Origin: Octopus vulgaris
Taxonomy: Eukaryota
Assembly: GCA_951406725.2 (NCBI GenBank)
Contig: OX597816.1
Location: 119,474,001 to 119,538,000, forward strand
Direction of reading: 5' to 3'
DNA length: 64,000 nucleotides
This document shows, piece by piece, positions 55,768 through 64,000 of this stretch. Positions within the stretch are counted from its first letter, which is position 1; every line of letters starts with the position of its first letter. A program made the position numbers and the translations under genes. The notes under the pieces were generated by a model. The model was given only the letters and a program-made list of their open reading frames with translations. It was not told where the DNA came from and searched no databases.

Positions 55768-55980
55768 AATCCAAACGGGAAAACAAAAAAACAACAACAG
55801 TGGCACAATTACAGTATTATTATTAATAGGCGCTCAGGAAATATGGAAGCAGGAAGGTATGACGTTTCGAGCGGAGCTCTTCGTCGGAAACATAAAGAAG
55901 GAAGAGAGAGGAAAGAAAGATCCCGAAGTGGGCAACAGGAGATGGAGAAAAAAACGACTGGTGTTTACGAAGTACACATG

Positions 55981-55983
<3 letters not shown>
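55762..55983 (-). mobile_element. Penelope-like pseudo-LTR fragment between (TA)n tracts
   Basis: Contains a hammerhead-like motif at 55858-55890 and is homologous to 10896-11050. Confidence 0.65.
55858..55890 (-). ncRNA. Minimal hammerhead-ribozyme-like motif (CCGACGA core variant)
   Basis: Minus strand TTT-CCGACGA-AGAGCTCCGCTC-GAAA-CGTC-ATA: perfect GAGC/GCTC stem II, GAAA, ACGT palindromic stem III, GUC site. Stem I is weak. Confidence 0.65.
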
Positions 55984-56043
<60 letters not shown>

Positions 56044-56195
56044 CTTTATCAATCTCCCTTACCTGCCATTCGCCGTCGTCTCCAAAATAACAACAGACAA
56101 CTAAAATTCCCAGCGTTCATTAACGAAACCCGTGAATTATTAGAGATTCGCACAAATAACGCAGCATCTAACAACATCCATCTCTTTATAACTGA

Positions 56196-56592
56196 CTACC
56201 AGTATCGCCCGGCGTTGCTCGGGTTTGTAAGGGAAATAACTATATAAGCATTTTTAGAGAGTTATAGCCAAAAAATAAGGCAAAAATGCATTAAAAATGG
56301 AAAAAAAATTAAGGTAAATTTCTTTTTAAATCGTTGACACATCGTAGATATTTTTAGAGAGTTACTTCCCTTACATAATAGCAAAAGAAATGCATTAAAA
56401 TGGAAAAATATGATGGTAAATATTTTTAAATCGTAGACTCATCGTAGACGCGCGCTAATACCCAGAAGGGCTCGATATGAATCACGACTATAAGATACCC
56501 GGTTTTGGTTACACTGCACCGCAAAATGTGGGAGTCGTTACGAATCTAAATCGTAGGAGACAGACACACAACTTCACTCTTATATATAAAGA
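56196..56592 (-). mobile_element. Non-autonomous Helitron (second copy, different 5' half)
   Basis: Minus strand starts TC(TTTATATATAAG) and ends with hairpin CCCGAGCAACGCCGGG then ..GTAG. The 3' ~130 bp matches 4383-4500. Confidence 0.78.
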
Positions 56593-56700
56593 TATAAGTC
56601 ACGTAGTTATATACACATACTTTGTTATATACACATTCTTAAAAGAAAATGTTATTTTGAATACAACATTTATAAAGAATAAAATATTTTTTGGTTTTTC

Positions 56701-57550
56701 TTAACCCTTTTGTTACTATATTTCCTACCAAAATACACCCCTTATGTGTTTCAATTAATTTCTAACGTAATCATAAATTTAGTCTGGTTTCATTAAACAA
56801 CTATAACTTTTTTATTTATCAATATATTAATCTGATTTTTGGAAGATAATTTAATGAAATATTCTCAACCAATTCTATACTATAATTTTTGTCACAAAGT
56901 GACTCTAATTGCAGGTAGATACAGGTAAATTCAACAATATATAAAATTATTAAAATTTTGTTCAAACATTGCTATAGAAAATGGGTTATTAGCTAATATT
57001 CAATTGGGTTTACAACAAAATTTTACGATATAATTTGTTATTCTGGGTAACTTTCTGATACCCATAATAATATTTATGGCAAAATAGGCCTTAATTTAAT
57101 TTAAGGTTGTGGGAAATAACAAACTATCCTTTCTTTCGCTTTGTTTACGTTTAGCGTAATGATTTCAAATAGGCTCATTCGAAAAAGTAAAAAGAAATAG
57201 TTTAAGGCTTTATACTCTTCTGGGAAAGTCTGTGGCTTGGTGCAGTTTCTTCAGAAAAATCACCGAAAGAAACAGTTTTTAAATTTTCACTCCATTCAGG
57301 TACCAATTCATTTTCTTAATCGCTGTCGGATTCACTGTTTTCACTTTAATAGCTGCAAACTTGCAAAGACAAAGGAGGAGAAGGGTGATAGCGTCAGTGA
57401 AACAGTCGCTCCCTTTGTGTGTGTGTGCGTTTGCGTGTGGTGTATCCCACATTAAGAAAACATTTGACATATACACCAGAATGTGAGTTTTCTCTAAATT
57501 TTGCTTAATTGGGGTTGAAATTTTAAAAACCGGACCTGGCATGACCCGAT
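56701..57550. mobile_element. Possible piggyBac-type non-autonomous element (one end)
   Basis: Starts TTAA-CCCTTTTGTTAC. Matching right end not identified, so the end coordinate is approximate. Confidence 0.3.
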
Positions 57551-57814
57551 GCAGTCTACTCTTAAAAATGCTAGATAAATTGTAATTGAAGAAATCCTAT
57601 ATTGTAGATTTCTATAAGTTACAAAGGGAGGCAGATAAAATCTGCCTTTTATAATAAGAGATTTACGTTGACTGGAGTTAAAGTTATATATCTGCAATGC
57701 TGCGAACACGGGCTGATGTGCCCTTTACGCAATTGTCTCTACAAGTCTTAACACATTGCAAACCCATGCTTTTCACTTATACTACGGTACATGTCATTCT
57801 AAACAAGCACACAC

Positions 57815-57875
<61 letters not shown>

Positions 57876-58149
57876 TGTATGCACACATGCGCAAGTATAT
57901 TTAATAATCAAGTATATCAAATAATTAAGAAGTTTGCTTAATGAATTACTGAATACATTTTAAAACGTTCAGCATATAATTATTTATTTTTTACTTAGAC
58001 CTCACATTGGACTAACTGTTTCATATTTGCACTTATATATTCAGAGGTTTAACTCTGATCTCTGAAATGGAGAGTGTAAACATGAAACAGTTGGATTACT
58101 CTCAGATCTAAATCTGTACGCGCATGCGTGATTATGTATGAATGCATGC

Positions 58150-58253
<104 letters not shown>

Positions 58254-58265
58254 ATACATACATAC

Positions 58266-58550
58266 CCTGTTGTTGATGTTGAAATTTCAATGAAGGAACC
58301 TTGGATCTAGGTTAGAAACCGGTTCTTTCTCTCTTGGCAAAAAAATCTTGAAATAAACTGAATAATGACAAACATACATGCAAATAGCTGCCAAGCGGAT
58401 GTTAACTTAAAGCTAAATATCGGTGATCAAGAAAATACCTATGCTGAATTATTGAGAAATCTACAGTTACTCTATCCAGATTAAAAGTTCAGGTTTATAC
58501 CTGTAATTATTGGGGCAGTGGAATATGTAACACCAACCTTGAAAAATTAG
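58266..58550 (+). mobile_element. (CATA)n-associated REL LINE: 3' UTR block followed by a second coding fragment
   Basis: 58266-58370 matches 23943-24046. 58381-58530 encodes ISCQADVNL....ENTYAELLRNLQLLYPD*KFRFIPVIIGA. Confidence 0.75.
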
Positions 58551-59056
58551 AAATTAACATAACCGGCAAGTATCATTTTTTTCCGGTAATTTAGCGCGTC
58601 AAAACGAGGACATTTGAATAGTAACCACAAGTGTAATGGGTAGAACTGTTTACAGATGTGACTTTGTGCGGACGCCATAGTATGCAGTTCTACAAATTAT
58701 ATTCATTTGGGCGGTCACACCGAAGTTCTACGGACATCTTACGTAAGTAAAATTACGTAATATGGTGATAGTGAAACATGTATGTGAATAATCCATTTTT
58801 TTATTGCTTTTCTTTTGTCTCGCTCGATTACGTTTTGGTTGTTTTTCTAAATTTTTCTTGAGAACATTTCTTAGTGGTAAGACCATAGCGGATCTATTTC
58901 TAGCATAAGGGTGTCCACATAGTGGTTTCCCTCTAATATATATATAATACAATTTTACCGAACCTTCATTTTTTTTATATGCTAGACCACGGGTGTGAAA
59001 TCGATGTTAATTAAATTAATATCTAATTTCTTACCCTCATTTTAAATTTAAATTAA

Positions 59057-59097
<41 letters not shown>

Positions 59098-59145
59098 CAT
59101 ATATATATAGGTATATATATATAGGTATATATATATAGGTATATA

Positions 59146-59194
<49 letters not shown>

Positions 59195-59354
59195 AAAGAT
59201 TGGTCCTCCGAAAAGGAGAAGCGAAATTCCACCACGGCCGCTACCTTAAACAGTCACTCACACTGACGGAAATATGTCTTAGGGAAAAGGGAAAAAAATT
59301 TATAAAAAGATCTCTTCGAACAGATCTAATCCTGATGGACTGGTCACATACGAT

Positions 59355-59660
59355 ACAGCTAAGGGTCAGACCCGATTCTGATTGGTCGAAACATTGACGA
59401 CATCTCGTTCTGCTGGACTGGCCACCTAACGGGATGATTGGTCAAAGCAGTGATGACGTCTCATTGCGCTGGACTGGCCACCTAACGGGATACAGACAAG
59501 GGGCAGATCTAATACAGCTATAGGTCAGACCCGATTCTGATTGGTCATAATATTGATGACGTCCCGTTCTGCTTGACTAGGCACCTAACGAAACGATTGG
59601 TCAAAACGTTGATGACGTCACGTTCCGCTGGACTGGCCACCTAACAGGTGATATAAAACC
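59355..59660 (+). promoter_or_regulatory. Four-unit CCAAT + CRE/ATF repeat array followed by a TATA box
   Basis: GATTGGTC at 59380, 59436, 59539 and 59595, each followed after exactly 8 nt by GAyGACrTC. Perfect TGACGTCA at 59613; TATAAAA at 59652. Confidence 0.6.
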
Positions 59661-60074
59661 CAAACAATTCACAAGGTTCGCCAGCACTGTCCGAGCGGAC
59701 ACCGACCAAAAGTCATCACAGTTACTCAAGGTAAAATCTAAAATGAATTCCTCGCTTTTTCAAGAACATCAATTTTTTATATTGAATGCATATCACCACT
59801 ATGAACTACTACATCATACTCTTTAAACATATAGCATGAACTCACTTCACTATATATGAACTTTTGATGTCTGACTCTATTGTATATTATATATGAATTG
59901 TTTATATTTGATAGCATGAACTATCTTTTTTATATATAATTTTTTTTGATAAGGTTCATCATTTCAAGAACCGAAACATGTTAAATAAATAATGTATATA
60001 TAAAAATTAAAAATTTGTCTAATATAGCAGCATTTTCGAACTTCATTTTTTACAAATATATATATATATATATT

Positions 60075-60593
60075 TATATCCTCGGGTATTGTCCGCCCTT
60101 GAGTATAATACGCAGAGGATTTTTAGGGGGCTGTACTTCTGAAATACCTAAACCTTGTGTAAAATACGCACCCCTTATCTAACTTGAGTCGTGCGTAATT
60201 AAGCCAGCAGCACCTAGTCGAACAAACACTTCTGCGCATGCGTAATACAATAATGGTGATGTTCTTAACTGTTATATGGGAATGTAAATATGTTTGCAAA
60301 TTGTTTTTGGTACATGTTATTTTGTGTTCTGAATACTTTTATTTTAATAAATGTTGCTTACTGCAAGTTATGGATGATTCTTTTATGACTTCATTGCTCT
60401 CAGGCTTAGCTTAAGGTATTTTCGCGCCCGACATCACAAAATGCGTTTGAATAAACATTGCCGGACAGCAAATAGAGACTCGGACATTGCTTAGAACATA
60501 TTTTTCTTTTTTAACCTCGTATATGATACACACTAGGGATTTTGACCTTTAAATTTCGGGGAAAAAATGCGAATTATACTCGAGGATTTACGG
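60075..60593. mobile_element. Tc2/pogo-type MITE
   Basis: Right TIR GCGAATTATACTCGAGGATTTACGG-TA; degenerate left TIR ATCCTCGGGTATTGTCCGC; inserted in a TA-rich tract. Confidence 0.7.
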
Positions 60594-62640
60594 TATATAT
60601 ACATACACGCACACATATACGTAAAGATAAGTGCATGTATATTCATTCAGCTATTGTACGGCTGTGAACATGCTGGTACTTCACATTTAAAGGTTCTGGT
60701 CGATTATTCGCGTCTCAGTAGTTAGGCTGGTAACTATTTTATCAACCTTGTAAGAGGGCTAACGGTGAAACCGAACTGGACATAGATTCTTAACAAGGGC
60801 AGAAGGAAATATCTCAAAGTATTTCGTTTCGACGCACTGATTCTCCCCCTGCCATCCCCACCCACATTACACACATCCGGACTTATTAGTGAAATTCTGG
60901 ATAATATTAAGTTTTTCACGCTGGTGGTGGCGATGATGATGACGACGTGTCTTTTTGAGTGCATGCGTTGATCTAGTTTACAATGTGTACGTGTGTGTGT
61001 TTGTGTGTGAGTATGTGCCTTTGTCATCTCTCTGTATTCATATATGTAACGTACGCATGTATATATCTATGTGTGTGCAAATATGTGTGGGTGTGTGTAT
61101 GAGTGTGTATGCAAATATACATACACTCATACGTACATATATATGTATGTGTGTACGTATGTGTGTATGTGTGCGTGTGTGTCTGTGCTTGTGTATTTGT
61201 GCATGCGTATGTGACCAGGTCAAAACTGGTGTCAGCATACACAGTAATAATGAATGAATTTGACCGAAAGAAAAATTAATAAATAAATAAATCCGAATGT
61301 GTCATCAGCAGACACACACAGACAAACACACATATACACACATATACACACGCATAGAGACATACTCGCGCACGCACACACCCACATACATACACATGTG
61401 CACACACTTCACTCACACACATTTACACCCTCTCACATGCAGAGAAGACAAGATTAGTGACGTAAATCTGGTCACGTGTTTTCATTTAGTAACCTATCAG
61501 GCCCTAACTGACTCTTCTATGCTTTGTTCCATCTTCCTTTCGGAGAAAATTAGTTTGCCAAACATTGCAATCCCCCCTCCCTCCCTACCTCCTTCCCTCG
61601 CTCACCTCCTCTATGTTTGTCCCTCTTTCTCTCTCATTGTTCTCTCTTCTTGTCCCCCTCTGTTCTTGTTCCTCTCTCACCTTATCCCTCTTTCTCTCCT
61701 TGTCTCCTCTTTCTCTCTCCTTGTCTTCTCTTTCTCTTTCCTTGTCCTCCTCTCTCTCTTTGTCCCATTCTCACTACCACTCTCTCTTTCTCTTTCTCTG
61801 TCTCTCTATTTGTCCATTTCTGTTCCCCCTCTCTCTTTTCTCTTCTCTCCCACTCTCTCTTCCACTCTCTCTTTTCTCTCCTTGTCCCCCTCTCTCTTTC
61901 TCTCTTTCGCTGTCCCTCTTTCTTCTTTTCCCTCTCTTCCCTTGTCCCTCTTTCTCCTTGTCCCCTTCTTTCTCCTACTCTTTCTCTTTCTTTCTCTCTC
62001 CATGTCTATCTTTCTCTATTTGTCTCCTTCTCCCCCCCCTCTGCCTCTGTCTCAGGAGATTTGATTAATGACTCTTATAATCAACCTCCTTTTATACATA
62101 CCTGATGGGTTTTCCAAAATTGTCATGCTTAAGAAATATGTAAACTAGACAAATGAGGACGCCGCGTGTTTGAAACGTCATTTTACACATACTCGCGTCT
62201 CCCCGCGCCCTTCCTATAATGTACATTGGTTATGTTAGAGTAATATTTGAAGACCGGCGCATCGTTCCTTTGTGCGTTTACGTCTCCCTTTGTGAGTGTG
62301 TGCGTATGTGCGTGTATGAGCATGTATGCATTTGTGTGTATGCATCTGTGTGTATGAGTATTTGTTTTATGTATGTGTGTTTGTGAAACAAATAGGTCTA
62401 AAATTGAGTGTGTGGGTGTGTGTATATATATTAATATATAGGTGCAAATGTATGTCGGTGTATGTTCATATGTATGCATGTTTATGATTTAATCAAATGC
62501 GTGTATATATGTGTCCATATGTTTGTATATGTGTGTGTATATACATGTGCATTAATTAAATGTGTGTATATATATATATACATATATACGTGTGTGTGTG
62601 ACAATGCATGTGTATAAATATATACACACACATACGTGTA

Positions 62641-62701
<61 letters not shown>

Positions 62702-64000
62702 GCATACGTGCACGTAAAAATGTCTGGATATGTTCGTGTGTGTATGTATTTGTATCAATTATATGTGTGTGTATAGATAGACAGACAGATAGATGTATGT
62801 ATGATATATATCCATTATAGTGTGTCCCTCAGATCTGTGTCTCCCCCACCTCCTCTCTGTACTGCATTGTAGCCAATTCAATTGCTGTGACCGAACAAAT
62901 TTCTGTTTAATCCCAGATATTTGACATAGTAGTTAGTTGTCGGTAGCTTGGTCAAGAGTCTCAGTAAAAGACAGTTAATTTCATTGTGATAAACGTGAGA
63001 AGCAAGTGAAATAAACACAATAGACGTATTTGTAGCGTTGGTCAGCAACTAACTCGGAGCGTCGAGATAATAAGTGGTCAGAAAATGAACAAAAAGAAGA
63101 CGAAAAACACAATACAATAAAAGAGGAGATATTTATGAAATATGAACAACAAAGCAAATGATGACCATAACTAACAATGCAAAGAAGTAAAGAATACGAA
63201 AATACAAAAACAAAAAAAAAATGTCGAGACGACAACCACATGACTAGCAGTAACAGTAATAACAACAAAAGTAAAAGCAGTAGTAGTAATAGCAACAACA
63301 GCAGTAAGAGATGTAGCAACGCATAGCAATAACTACAACAAGAGAAGAAAAACCATTTGTCACTATAAAACCTATTTTGGTTTCTTTTTTTCTTCTTTGT
63401 TTTTTCTTTATCGGCACACTTTTACCAAAAACCATGGATCAATTTCTCCCACCACGCGTCCGCCAGCTCTTCTAGTGTCCTGACTTGGCGCCTGGTCACT
63501 CCATCAGCTATAAGAGTCGCATGGTGAACTTTTGGCTAAAGTTCTTTGATAGCTATACTTTACATTAAAATAACCTCATTGACGGCCGTAGTAGCCAGCT
63601 TTATGACATCTAAAATGTCTCTGGCAATTAGTTTTCAATAAATTTTCTTGTTTTGTGCGGGTAGTGTATTTGGAGAAACAGATAATATGCAGTAGCAGTT
63701 ACTTAGTTCAGTGCGCAAGTTCTTGGTTCAAATCTCAGCTACGCAAACTTTGCTGCGAATAACTCGATGAAAAATAAAATATATCAGTGACGATTTGGAC
63801 TCAGATAACACTATTAGATTTGATGTATTGTACCAAAGTTAGACATCAATATTCATAATTGTTTCAATGCTAGCGGTGGACTTAGTTGATTACATTGATC
63901 CCAGTACTTGACCCTGGGAGAATGAAAGGCAAACTCGACCTCGACGGAATTTGAACTCGGAATATAAAGAGCCAGAAGAAATGTCACAAGGGCTTATCTC

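Noticed and set aside
59355-59650. CRISPR-like repeat-spacer array
   Set aside because: Eukaryotic context, no cas genes, and the intervening sequences are homologous to each other. It is a tandem repeat.
61297-62105. Long ORFs (255, 167 and 162 aa) rich in Leu/Ser/Pro
   Set aside because: They derive from a CT-rich low-complexity tract, are open in several frames and show no domain motifs. The same applies to the many YI/CV/THT/YLSI ORFs, including 22263-23042.

Overview
Repeat-saturated, AT-rich, non-coding eukaryotic DNA. The SINE repertoire and extreme microsatellite density suggest an octopod cephalopod (inference, not shown by the sequence). I found no convincing host protein-coding exon; nearly all short ORFs are microsatellite translations. 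Recognisable content: (1) a young, 5'-truncated Tx1/L1-group LINE with an intact RT ORF inserted in a (TCTA/TCTG)n tract; (2) at least eight R4/Dong-clade restriction-like-endonuclease (REL) LINE pieces, mostly stacked in (TAA)n tracts; (3) a second REL-LINE family sitting in (CATA)n; (4) RTE and CR1/Jockey-type fragments; (5) several Penelope-like termini with minimal hammerhead-ribozyme-like motifs; (6) mariner (DD34D), maT (DD37D), hAT, pogo/Tc2-type MITEs and two non-autonomous Helitrons; (7) three or more SINE families. Most notable: a SINE whose 3' tail matches the Tx1 LINE 3' end (33/41 nt ungapped), an inverted duplication that keeps the empty site of that LINE, hammerhead motifs with a recurrent non-canonical core, apparent partitioning of retroelement families by microsatellite type, and a fixed-spacing CCAAT+CRE array upstream of a TATA box.
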